Assembly (NCBI RefSeq): GCF_009914755.1
Contig: NC_060927.1
Strand: one strand, 5' to 3'
Length of the DNA stretch: 64,000 bases
Origin: the human T2T-CHM13v2.0 reference genome, Homo sapiens
In this document: piece after piece, positions 1 to 13,875 of the stretch
How the letters are laid out: every line of letters starts with the position of its first letter
How positions within the stretch are numbered: the first letter of the stretch is position 1
Notes under the pieces: generated by a model
What the model saw: the letters and a program-made list of their open reading frames with translations, nothing else
What the model was told of the DNA's origin: nothing
Database searches by the model: none
Position numbers and translations under genes: made by a program

Positions 1-232
1 ATCTGTACCTCTTATTCAAGATAAAGCAGTATTTTGGTGGTCCATTGACACATTGATTACAGTGGAGCCATGTTTGACTCAGAAATTAGGGTTTAAAGTC
101 AGTAGTTATAGTGAAATCCATGTCTAGTAAAATTGCCCTTAGAAATCTGTTAAGCTGGACATAAAGTGCATTGTAAATAGATTTGTGTATGCAATCTTAA
201 GTAGCAAAATAGTATTTAAAAATAGTAGAGTA

Positions 233-540
<308 letters not shown>

Positions 541-552
541 ATTAAGATACTA

Positions 553-885
553 CAGTAGAACCCTCATATTCTTGGAGGGATACATTCCGAGACCCCCAAT
601 GGATGCCTGAAACCATACATTTTACCAGACTCTATATATACTGTACCATGTTTTTTTCCCATGCATGCATACCTATGATGAATTTCCAAATTAGGCACAG
701 TGAGAGATGAACAACAACAATAATAAAGTAGAAAAATTAGGACAATCTACTGTAATACAAGTTATGTGAATGTGGTCTCTCTCTGTTTCTCTCTTTCTCA
801 AAATATCTTAATATTTTTGAACTGCAATTGACCACAGGTAACTGACACCATGAAAAAGCAAAACCACAATAAGAATGGACTACCG
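553..885 (-). mobile_element. MER44A (Tigger7-derived MITE)
   Basis: CAGTAG... and ...GGACTACCG termini flanked by TA at 551-552 and 886-887. About 333 bp. Internal GGATGCCTGAAACC and AAATTAGGCACAGT are shared with the copy at 20612. Confidence 0.85.
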
Positions 886-1265
886 TATTTCTAAACTAGA
901 CTTAACACACTGCAAGACGCTCACACTGACAGAGGCTCCCAGAAACATACCCACTGTAGGCACAGCTAATTCATGTCCCCCTGTTCACTGTTCATGACCC
1001 TTCGGGTTATATTCATTTCAGGAAAGGGAAGAGAGAGTCACTCAAGACACTAATATTGTTTCTCTTCTTCTCTTTTTGATTCCCCAGATGTCTATATTTG
1101 GAATATTGTAAGCTAAATGCACAGTGATGTGACTCCTGTATAGCTAAGGTTAGCAATATATCCATTGAGGGAAGAGATGAACTAAGAGTTTTGAATGATA
1201 GGCTGCTGCAGGGAATCAGTTTAAGTTACCTTTTGACGAGTCAAAGAACATTTATTAAATATCCA

Positions 1266-1657
1266 TGTTATGGATTGAATGTTTGTGTCTCTCCCCACCA
1301 TTCATATGGTGGAGCCCTAAACCCTAATGTCATGCGACTTAGAGGTTAGGCCTGTAGGGAATAATTAGGTTTAGATGAGGTCATGAGAGAGGTGTCTTCA
1401 TAATGAGACTTGTGTCCTTATTAGAAGAGGAGGAGCTTGCTTTTTCTCTCCATGAGCACACCCTAGAAAGGTCATGTGAGGACACAGCCACAGCCAGAGG
1501 TGGCCATCTGCAAGCCAGGAAGCAGACACTCACCAGACACTCAAGCTGCTGCCACCTTCATCTTGGACTTCAAAGCTTCCAGAACTGTGAGAAATAAATG
1601 TCTGTTGTTTAAGATGCCCATAGTATTTTGTTATAGCAGCCTGAGCTGACTAAAATA
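1266..1657 (+). mobile_element. MLT1A-type MaLR solo LTR
   Basis: Starts TGTTATGGATTGAATGTTTGTGTC. Ends with CCAGAACTGTGAGAAATAAATG and TTTGTTATAGCAGCCTGAGCTGACTAA. Confidence 0.85.
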
Positions 1658-1799
1658 ACCTACTATCTCTTTGATCTAGATTTTTTAATCCAGGAAAAAA
1701 ATACCTTGCCTGTCTGCATGCAAATGTAAATGGGATGCATAGTAGAGATGGCATTAGAAATCAGTGAATAAAACATAGACGGGCAAATAAATAACCTGG

Positions 1800-2815
1800 A
1801 GGCCTTTTGCTATGCGTCTAGAACATATAAATAATTCTGTACATTTCGAGTGCACACAAATCACTTACATGTAGGTTAATACCTAATTATATAAAGCAAA
1901 CATTAATTTCTAAAAAATAAAATATGTAACTTTTTTATAAACTCAGAATACAGAATGGTTTTTTAAATGAAATATAAAATTACAGAACTTGAGTAAAACA
2001 GTTGATAAATTGGTCTACATTAGTATTTTAAAACATCATGTTCTACTGAGACCCTGTCTCTACCAAAAATTTAGAAATTAGCCAGGAATCGTAGAACACA
2101 TCTGTAGTCCTGGCTACTCAAAAGGCTGAAAAGGGAAAGGTTGCTTGAGCCCAGGAGTTTGAGGCTGCAGTGAGCTATAATCACATCATTGCACTCTGCC
2201 TGGGTGACAGAGAGAGAGTCTATCTCTAAAAAAAAAAAAAAAGTGCTGTTCAACCAAAAATCCTATAAACTAAGGTAGTGAAGTTACTGACTGGGGGTAG
2301 ATATTTGCAACATATATAAACAACCTAGGATCAGTATTTCAAATTTATAAAGAATTCCTACAAATTAACACAGAAAATGACAATAACTAATAGAAACGTA
2401 GACAAAAGATTCAAGCAGGCAATTTCCAGAAGAGACCAGATTGGACTGACCAATCAAGAAATTAATAAGATGCTCGACTTTTCTGGAAATTGTTGAAATT
2501 TATGTAAAAACATTGAGATAATGTTTCACACCTATCAGACTGCTAAAACATTTTAAATTCTTAAAATAACATGTGTTGGCAAATATACTTAGAAAGGGAA
2601 ATTCTTAGACCCTATTGTCTGAATAGATTACTAAAACCAATTTGCAGAGCAATTTTTTAGTATCTAGTAAGTAAAAATATGCATATTTTCAACCTAGCCA
2701 TTCTATTAACTGTGATTCAAGAAAAACTCACTGGTATGTGTGCAAGGAAATATAAATAGACTTAATTATGGCATTATTTGTATTAAAAATAATATAATAC
2801 AAATATGCTTATTAG
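1800..2815 (+). mobile_element. Ancient L1M (L1ME-like) ORF2 3' fragment, interrupted by an Alu
   Basis: Degenerate ORF2-end motifs GATATTTGCAACATATATA, AAAGAATTCCTACAAAT and CACACCTATCAGACTG. Boundaries approximate. Confidence 0.7.
2047..2242 (+). mobile_element. 5'-truncated AluJ
   Basis: GAGACCCTGTCTCTAC linker, J-type right arm GCTTGAGCCCAGGAGTTTGAGGCTGCAGTGAGCTAT, poly(A) tail. Confidence 0.9.
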
Positions 2816-3074
2816 AAGGTCTTTCTTGTTCTTTCATATACTTATTTGATTTACATAGTCTGCATACTTAATCACTTTAAGAACTCTAACAGTATGTCTA
2901 TTAAGTAGAACCAACAATTTTCTCCTATTACAAGAGAAAAACATCACTTTACACCCACCCAGTACCTTATAAAACCAGTAGGCAGGCTGCAGGGGGTGGC
3001 AGTAGGGGAACAGCCTCTAGTTGATGGCTGGGTGTCAGGGGTCACTGCAGGAAAGAAATAAAAGGGCACTTTCA

Positions 3075-3975
<901 letters not shown>

Positions 3976-4634
3976 TTTGCCATTGCAGTTATTTTTGCAA
4001 TGTATTAACTTAGCAGTTCTGTGCAATGTATAGCAACAACAGGGCAGATGATCCTATATTTCACATCTCCAATTATAACAACAGGTTGTAAAGTTTCACC
4101 TGGAATTCATTTCCATAAACTGCAGGAGCCATGTAGCTAGGTTCATGACTTTTATATTGAACAGCCTTGCTTTGAATATAATGCTAGAGGAAACACAATT
4201 GGTGTGAAGGCTAAGTAAACTGAGAGGACTCAGATCATTTGTGGATTCACTGCATATTTGCATTTTGTATGTTTACAAGAAAAAATAAAAACACTTAAGC
4301 TACACAATAGAAGTATTAAGAATGCTTAAACCTTCCCGTTCAATAAAAAGTTCTTTAAACAAATTTAATCAAGTTGCACACTGATTGTAAAACTAATAAA
4401 GCTGAAGATACTGTCTTTATTTTCTTGAGTTTATTTAGGACAATTCAAACTGCTTGATAGGATTTTCAAGTATGAATGGACATAAGAATCAGCGAAGCAT
4501 ATGACAAGAAATTTAATACATATCTTTTTAGGATTTCTGTTAATTAGTTTTCTGCAGTTCCATTTAGGTATCATTTTAATACTTAGAAAGGAACACAAAG
4601 ATTTTTTTCAAATGAGAAAACTTTCAGCTTTTAT

Positions 4635-4765
4635 CAAATATTTATTCATTCAAACAACAGTATCTGCTCTGTGCCAGGCATAGTTCTAAGTGCTGAGGAA
4701 GAACAGTGAACAAAACAGACAAGAAAACTCTGCCCACAAAGAATTCATATTCTAAGGGAAAGAGG
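4635..4765 (-). mobile_element. L2 3'-end fragment
   Basis: TTCATTCAAAC...TGTGCCAGGCATAGTTCTAAGTGCTGAGGA...GTGAACAAAACAGACAA. Confidence 0.75.
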
Positions 4766-5179
4766 AGGAGCTCACTTTCTTTTAAACTAGTCTCCACATC
4801 CTTGGGAAAATGACCAAAAGGTAATTAGGAGTCTTTGTAGCTTTGGGAAGAAAAGGGAGAGCCACTGAATGGGCTCTCTTTATAATCTTAATGTAAGTCA
4901 AGAATTACAGAATGTAAACACAAACAGGCTTTTCCTGTTATAAAAATGAAGATGTTTGTACTAAGTTTTTGGGTGATGGCAGCCCCAAATGTCTGAAATG
5001 TAGGAGGAAAATAAAAAAGGTCGAGGCAGCTTTTCAGCTATCCTAAGACTGCCTGTTTAACTATTTCTCCTTGCCAAGTCTACTGAGCTTATGACTTGAT
5101 TGACAGGTTCTCTTTTTCTCTTCAAAAAGGAATTCAAAGAAAATGTAAAGCACTCTTCTATTAAACTGACTCTTTAAGT

Positions 5180-5460
5180 TTTCATTAAGACCTTCTGTAT
5201 CAAGCACTGTCCCAGGGTCTGTGTGTTCACAAAGCACAGCCCCTGCCCCAGGAAGACTAGGGTTATCAGGGCTGACTGCTAGTGCTAATGGTCATGCAAT
5301 GGGATAGGTGCTCTTACAGTGGTGTATACACAGTTCTGAGTAAGTGAGTCCTTTCTACCTGGGGTAGGTGAAGCTTTCTAGTGGAAGATATTTTTGTATT
5401 GGGCCTTCAAAATGAGTAGGAGGTGGCCAGATAATGAAATAGGAGGTGGCCATTTCAAAC
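5180..5460 (-). mobile_element. L2c-like fragment
   Basis: CAAGCACTGT...CAGCCCCTGCCCCAGGAAG...GGGCCTTCAAAATGAGTAGGAG. Confidence 0.55.
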
Positions 5461-6966
5461 AACCTGATGATTCCTATTAACCGCCTAATGTATTCATTGC
5501 CTCCATGTGCTAGAACTTCTGCGTGCCATTCATTCCGTTGTTCATTCGTTCATCCATTAATTTATGCCATTAAGCTTCAAATCTCTATTACATAGTCGGC
5601 CATTTGCTAGCTATGGTATAAATGAGGAACCAAACTGATGACATGCTTACCTTCCTTTTGCATGTCAGCACCAACGGCTAGAATTAAAGTCTACATAAAT
5701 ATTCCAGTCCAAGCTTTTTAAATTACAAAATATTTGAGTTATTATATTTAAAGAAAAAATGATTTGGTTTTGAACTAAAGTACTTATCATATTCTAAAGT
5801 GAATAAGAACAGTTGGAGGTTAGATGATGTATTGGATCATAGTATAGAACCTGATCAGAAAAACAAATAAATCAAACAATTCTTTTGGTGCTTGATTTAT
5901 CTACTTGTTTCCATGCTATCTAAATAACTAAATTAACAACAATTTGGGGAGTACACAGGACACTTTTAGGTATGTTATCTTGTTTGGTGCTGACAGCATC
6001 CTGTGAAGTATGTAGAGTTTGTGTGTTTTCCAAAAGCACGGGTAGAGTAGGTGACAGAACTCCACCTAGAGTCTAGCTTGCTTTCCACCATGCTTTAATG
6101 TACCTTAAGAAAGCTCTGAAATTCCTGCATGCCTCTCAACCTCTATTTTTTCTTATGATATATATTTTTATTACTTTTAAAATAACTTTTTCTTACTTAG
6201 CTTCCTTTAACTGACAGACAGGATTTTCCTTTTTCTCCAGTAAAATAAGTAAAACAGTGAGGTAATGTAGCTACCAATATAAAAATGTTTATGCTTCCCA
6301 ATATGGTCAATTTTGTCAACTAGGAATGCAGCCATTTTTTCCTGGAAACATAACTTCAATAAATTCTGTTTAGTTGCAAATGCAAAATTATATTTTCTTT
6401 ATTAGGGCAAAAATATACTTGTTGGCTGTTTAAGAAAGTAAATACTATAACAAAGGAAATAACTGATCATAAACTCAGACCTAATTGTAACTCTTGGCAT
6501 GCAATCTTCTTGTCAGAACACATAAATTACAGAGAAGGGAGAACAAAGATGCTAATCTTGTCAACCTCAAAATGCCACAGATCTAAAAAACGATGATAGT
6601 AGCATATATCAGTATTTCAAGCAAACCCTCTTGACTCTCTTACCAGCATAATCCCAGGATTGCCAGTGAGTTAATGTTAGATATTTGTCCTAAGAGAGCA
6701 TCACACAAAGCACTTGTTTTCTTGTGACTGAAGAATAGTCAACTTATTGCAGCTCACTTTTGTTGAGCATCTACTACATAAACCCACCAAACAAACAGTA
6801 TCACATCCATAAATCTCAGAGTTCTACACAACCACTGTAGGGTATTGGTGTTTCCAATTTTGGGGGCAGTTGTCAGCAATCAACCCCCAACACACCAATT
6901 TTCAACATATCACTGAGGCAATAAGTCATTAGAAGCAAAATAACCTAGATCAAAATAGATTATTAA

Positions 6967-7725
<759 letters not shown>

Positions 7726-8299
7726 CAATTTTAGTTTGAAAATTTGTCTGCAAAATCTGCCACCCTGACATTCCCAGTTATGGTAGGCCAGCTAAGGACA
7801 GTTCTTTGGGGCGTCTCATTTTCCCACACTCATTTTCATGGAGCTGTTTTCTTTCTTATGACCTATTCTCCTACACTCTCCATCCTCTCCATGGTGTCCT
7901 CTTAACTGACCTTCCCCGAGAACTAACTCCCAGACTCCAAACCCTGTTTTGTAGTGACCTAATACTGGGTTTCTCTGGAGTACTCTTTTTCCTCTGTAGC
8001 CCTTGGAATTGGGTATTTACTGTTCGTTACACTACACTAGACATTCTTAGGGTTGGATGGTACAATTGGCATCTTCTTAACTCTTCAATGTCCCCTTTAG
8101 ACTCATGCTAGATTATTTTCGGCCCTTAATTTGTCACCTTATTTCCAAACACAATGGGACATCCTAACTTAGTTGTCAGTCAGCAACAGACAACTTCTGG
8201 GGCTTTCATTTTTTTTTTTTTTCTGAAGTGTAAAATCTGTTTTCCTCTTTATTCAAAGCTGTGCCATCTTCTTTATAAACTCATGGTGCTTCCCTGCAC

Positions 8300-10380
8300 A
8301 AGTTTCTCAGTTCCTCGACTAACATAAATGTCACCTTCTCTTTACTTTTAATCCCCACTCACACCTCACTGCTATGATCCAACCATCAAGTAGAACCATC
8401 TCTAAGCCATGAATTCAGACAACTCACCATCTGTCCGCAGTGTTTTATTCTTCCAACTCTGTCATTTGGTAGCTCCCCATAGCATACACAATCTCCCAAA
8501 GACATCCAGCCCTTGATCACTGTGGTTTCTCTCTACTGGTCCCCATCTGTTTTTTCTCTCTCCCCACCCAACGTCCTCTCCAGGGCTCATCATTACCTTT
8601 GCCTGTTGCTTTAGCCTCATTGGGATTCTGTTAAACTCAATTGGGTAAACCCTGGGCATGATCTAGTTTCCAGCTTTCTCTGGACCTTGCTCTGGAACCC
8701 TGAATGCTGCTGGAGAATATGACACCGCTGTGAAGATGATATTAGTAGTATTTTGTCATCTTCAGTGCAACTGACTCCTCAGTACTGCCCTGCAAACTCT
8801 AGGTGCCTTCTTAGGTATTTGTTCCATTCTCTACAGTGGCTAATTAAAGCTCTCTCAAGTCTTCTCAGTTTTATCACCTGTAAAAGCAAAATAATAAAGT
8901 ACCTATTTCATGGAATTATTTGAGGCTAAAATTAAGTAATTCAGATAAAGCTTCTAGAACAACATTACAAGATAGTATGGAACAACATTACAAGCATGTA
9001 TACTTCCTAATGACTTGATGCATTTACTTTATCATCAAATTTCAGTTCCTACGTCTTACCTATTTACCATCAAAGTGTCTTCACCTCTCATTTCACAAAT
9101 AAGTAGAAAGCAAAGCCTTCAAATTCTGACACCAACTTTGTAAATGTAGCCGCAGGACCATGAATCTATACTTTTTTTTTTTTTTAAATAAAGGAAGTTT
9201 TTTCTCCTCTTTGACATAGGGTTAGAACTTGGGTTTTTTATTTAAGAAATTCCGTTTATTCCCACTTCCTCCGAGGGAGGCCTATTCTGTTTTTCATGTT
9301 TTTTCAACTTCTTTTTCAATCCTGACTGCATTTATCAGCATTTAAACACGTTTAGGTCTGCTCTGTTTTAACCAAGCAACCAACTCACCAGCAGAGTTGC
9401 CCTGACATCATAGCCCCTCCCACCAAATGATATTCTGTAGTTTCCTTTCATAGCCACCTGCATTTTCCCACTTCCTTAGCAAATCTAGGCTTGAAATTTG
9501 ACTTTGTCTTTCTATACCTCACTGAAATCTCTCTCACCAAGTAACTGTGTCTAAATCGTATTGCCATTTTCACTTTTTGTCTTAAAACTTTCAAAAGCCC
9601 TTCCATAGATGAGTCCTCTCCTCTTTATGAAGTACTTTTATTCCCTCACGAATTCCACAAAAAACACATTGCCCTATCCTTCTCCTACATCTCTGCCTAT
9701 TTATCTTCTGTCTTCATTATGGGTACCTATTGCTTCAGTAAACATCGATGTTCCTATGTCATCTATCCAGTAATTTCTTCCCTTTTCAGGTTATATATAC
9801 TCCTTCTGCTGTGTTGCTTTCAGTAGCCATTTATATGTTCATTATCACCATGTCTACATATGCAAACTGCATTTCCCATCTGCCCTAAACTTACATTTTC
9901 CAAACACAATGGGACATCCTCACTTAGTATTATCCTAAGAACTTCAAATTTGTCATATGCAAATCTGAATTTATGACCTCTCACTAAAACATGCTTTTAA
10001 TCACGTGTTCATCATTGGCACTAGTGTACACTATTTAAAACAGTTTAACCAATTGAGCACTTTTGTTTGACAAGGGGTGTGCCAAATATTACCGTTTAGG
10101 TGACTTTGTTTTAGGGGAACTAATAGTTTAGCTCCTTTAAAATAGTCTTTTCAAGCCAAACCTGGCCATTATTATGGAATATTTCTTCTCCCTCTCTACA
10201 CCTATTCACATCCCCCCAGATTCCATTGCCCCCCGCATCATTCTTCTTAATTCTTTCTTTGAAATCTCTCAAATCAGTCCCTTTTTTCAATCACTATTCT
10301 TATTACTATCCTTTTCAAAATCTTTGTCCTTCTTTTCAGGATTCTCACACAGAGTAGTGTCATTACAGACTGCAACTCAG
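8300..10380 (+). mobile_element. Long degenerate L2 LINE (ORF2 and 3' region) with a nested MIR
   Basis: Pyrimidine-rich, with L2 motifs CTGAATGCTGCTGGAGAA, CTCACTGAAATCTCTCTCACCAAGT and GGACATCCTCACTTAG...CTTCAAA. Boundaries approximate. Confidence 0.65.
8850..8960 (+). mobile_element. MIR core
   Basis: CTCAGTTTTATCACCTGTAAAAGCAAAATAATAAAGTACCTATTTCATGG. Confidence 0.75.
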
Positions 10381-10523
10381 CACCTTGGGCACAGAGAAAT
10401 AAGGGAGAGAGAAATTCTGGTTGGAGGACCTTAGACTTTATTTACCAACCATATGTTAAGTCTTAGGCATAAAATAAATCTGTTAAAATACCAGAACAGA
10501 AATATAATTGAACAATAAAGTAG

Positions 10524-12953
10524 TGCATTATTTCACTGTCACATAGCTATAAAGAACTACCTGAGACTGGGTAACTTACAAATAAAAGAGGTTTAATTGG
10601 CTCATGGTTCCCCAGCCTGTAAAGGAAGCATGGCTTGGGGAGGCCTCAGGAAATTTACAATCATGGTGGGAGGTGAAGGAGAAGCCAGTGCAACTTCACA
10701 TGGTGGAATAGGAGAAAGAGAGAGTGAGGGGGAAGTGCTACACACTTTTAAACAATCAGATCTCATGATAGCTTCCTCAAGAGACAGCACTAAGGAGATG
10801 GTGCTAAATCATTAGAAACCACCCCCATAATCCAACCACCTCTCATCAGGGCCTACCTCCAACACTCAGGATCACAATCCAACATGAGACTTCAATGAGG
10901 ACACAGAGCCAAACTGTATCATTCCATCCCTGGCCCCTCCCAAATCTCATGCCCTTCTCACATTTCAAAACACAATCATGCCTTCCCAACAGTCCCCTAA
11001 CGCCTTAACTCATTCCAGCATTAACTGAAAAGTCCAAGTCCAAAGTCTCATCTGAGGCAAGGCAAGTCCTTTCTGCCTATGAGCCTGTAAAATAAAAAAA
11101 CAAGCTAGTTACTTTCAAGATACGAATGACGTACAGGGATTAGGTTAATAGACTCATTCCAAGAGAGAGAAATCTGCCAAAACAAAGGATCTATAGGACC
11201 CATGCAAGTCCCAAAATTAGCAGGGTAGTCATTAAATTTTAAAGTTCCAAAATAATCTTCTTTGACTCCATGCTTCACATCCTGGCCACAGTGATGCAAG
11301 GGGTGTGCTTCCAAGGCCTTGGGCTGCTCTGCTTCTGTGGTCCTGCAGGGTACAGCCCCTGCAGCTGCTTTCATAAGCTGGTGTGGAGTGCCTGCAGCTT
11401 TTCCAGGCACACAGTGCAAGTTGTTGGTGGATCTACCATTCTGGGGTGTGGAGGATGCTGGCCCTGTTTTCCCAGCTCCACTAGGAAGTGACCCAGTGGG
11501 GACTCTGTGTGGCAGCTTCAACCCCACATTTTCCCTCCACACTGCCCTAGTAGAAGTTCTCCATGAGGGCTCCACCCCTGAAGCAGACTTCTGCCTAGAC
11601 ATGCAGGCAGTCCCATACATCCTCTGAAATCTAGGTGGAGGCATTCAAGCCTCAACTCTTGCCTTCTTTGGACCCACAGGCCCAGCACCATGTTGAAGCC
11701 ACCAAGGCTTGGGCTTGTACCATCTAAAGAAATGGGCTGAGCTGTACTTTTGTGTATTTTAGCTACGGTTCAAGCTTGAGTGGCTGGGATGCAGGGTGCC
11801 ATGTCCCAAGGCTGCACAGAGCAGCAGATCTCTAGGCCTAACCCACAAAACGACCTTTCCCTCTTAGATCTCGGGGCATGTCATGGGAGGGGCTGCTGCA
11901 TAGGTCTGAAATACCTTAGAGGCATTTTTCCCATAGTCTTGGCTATTAACATTTGGCTCCTCTTTACTTGTCCAAATTTCTGCAGCTGCATGAATTTCTC
12001 TCCAGACAACGGAATTTTTTTTTCTACAACATGGTCAGCCTGCAAATTTTCCTAACTTTTATGCTCTGCTTCCCTTTTAAATATAAGTTCCAGTTTCAGT
12101 TAATCTTTTCATTCATTCATATGAGTGTATGCTTTTAGAAGCAGCAAGGTCACTTCTTTAATGTTTTGCTGATTAGACATTTCTTCCACCAGATACCCCA
12201 AATCATCTCTCTCAAGTTCAAAGTTCCACAGGTCTCTATGGCAGGGGCAAAATGCTGCCAGTCTCTTTGCTAAAGCGTAGCAAGAGTGGCCTTTACTCCA
12301 GTTCCCAATAAGTTCCTCATCTCCATCTGAGACCACCTCATCCTGAACTTCATTGTCCACATCACTATCTGCATTTTGGTCAAAACCATTTAACAAGTCT
12401 CTAGGAAGTTCCAAACCTTCTCTCATCTTCCGTCTTCCTCTGAACCCTCCAAACTGTTCCAACCTCTGCCTGTTACCCAGTTCCAAAGTTGCTTTCACAT
12501 TTTCAGATATTTTTGTAGCAATGCCCCACTTCTCTAGTACTAATTTTCTGTATTATTTCATTCTCACTTTGCTATAAAGAACTACCAAAAACTGGGTAAC
12601 TTATAAATAAAAGGGGTTTAATTAGCTCATGGTTCTGCAGGCTGTACAGGAAGCATGGCTGGGGGAAGCTTCAGGAAACTTACAATCATGCTGAAAGGTG
12701 AAGAGGAAGCTGGCACATTTTCACAAGGCGGAGCAGGAGGAAGAGAGAGAGAGAATGAAGGGGGAAATGCTTCTCACTTTTAAACCACCAGATCCTGTGA
12801 CAACTTCCTCATGAGACAGCACTACGGGGATGGTGCTAAACCATTAGAAACCACCCCCATGATCCAATCACCTCCCACCAGGCCCCACCTCCAACACTCA
12901 GGATCAGCATTCAACAAGAGATTTGGATGGGGACACAGAGCAAAACCATATCA
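10524..12953 (-). mobile_element. Full-length MSTA-type (MSTA/THE1D-like) MaLR provirus: LTR 10524-10921, internal 10922-12548, LTR 12549-12953
   Basis: Two direct-repeat TG...CA LTRs that share private features (ATTATTTCA, AACACTCAGGATCA). The internal region gives typical MaLR remnant ORFs (RDLWNFELERDDLGYL, PPRFQRMYG). Polypurine tract next to the left LTR. No clear TSD. Confidence 0.93.
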
Positions 12954-13636
12954 ATAACTTATTATGGAAAAAACTTCTAAATAATACAATGTAATACATA
13001 AATTTTCCTTTTGCCAGCTAATTCTATACTAATCATCTAAATTGATTGCTATTTAATTACTCATTTCTGTCTCAGGCATCACCTCCCCTAAGAATATTAT
13101 TTCACCGTTTTTAGGCTATTTTGACAGAGATATATTTCTAGACTGTCTTTTCCAGCTGCTGTCGTCTTATCTCTTTCTTTCTATCTTTCATTGTGTCGGC
13201 CTACCCAGAAGCCCAAATTTGTACACTTAAAAACCTGTTCACCCTACTTAGTTTAAATTAAGGGGATTGCTTATTTGTCTTTTCAAGCCTACTGCATCAG
13301 ATAATCTCATCTCTTTTCCCACTAATTGAGGCAGTGAAAATCTTTCAAGAGCCTTCAGACCTACTTCCCTAGAGAGGAACCCCAGCATTCTAGAGTTGAA
13401 GATAAAGAAAAGTTAGCAAGGCCAACTATAGCCATTGCTCTAAGGTGCATTCGCAATTCCAGCATTACAAGTATTCAAGTTTCTGTTTTTACGATAGGCT
13501 CCTTCTTCCTGTTACTCATTGTTTCATTTGGGTTTGGATTCTGGGGACAGCCTAAATATCATTCCTTCTGCTCTCCATGTTCTTAACCAATTAGGGCTTG
13601 TGGGAAGGTAGGCAATGGGATAGAATACAATGGAAT

Positions 13637-13681
13637 TAGAGAGCAAGAGAGAGAGACAGAGAGAGAGAGGGAGAGGGAGAA
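13637..13681 (+). repeat. (GA)n-rich simple repeat
   Basis: AGAGAGCAAGAGAGAGAGACAGAGAGAGAGAGGGAGAGGGAGA. Confidence 0.85.
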
Positions 13682-13734
13682 ATTCCAGAATTCCCAGATG
13701 GGATTCATGGACGCCATATCTTCAATGGTTTACG

Positions 13735-13875
13735 CCAATTTAATATACATTTGCCTGAACAAAAACTGCATGTCGAACACTGTACTAGGTACTGGAGATA
13801 CAATGAAGAAGAATACAACAAAGAAGAACCCAGGAATACATTCCTTATTTTTATGAGGTTAATATACAGTATTTA
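13735..13875 (-). mobile_element. L2 3'-end fragment
   Basis: CACTGTACTAGGTACTGGAGATACAATGAAGAA. Confidence 0.6.

Noticed and set aside
11105-12498. 179 aa and 129 aa ORFs (and their equivalents at 18468-19383 and 24377-24777) as novel proteins
   Set aside because: These are broken remnants of the MaLR internal ORF, recurring in all three proviruses.
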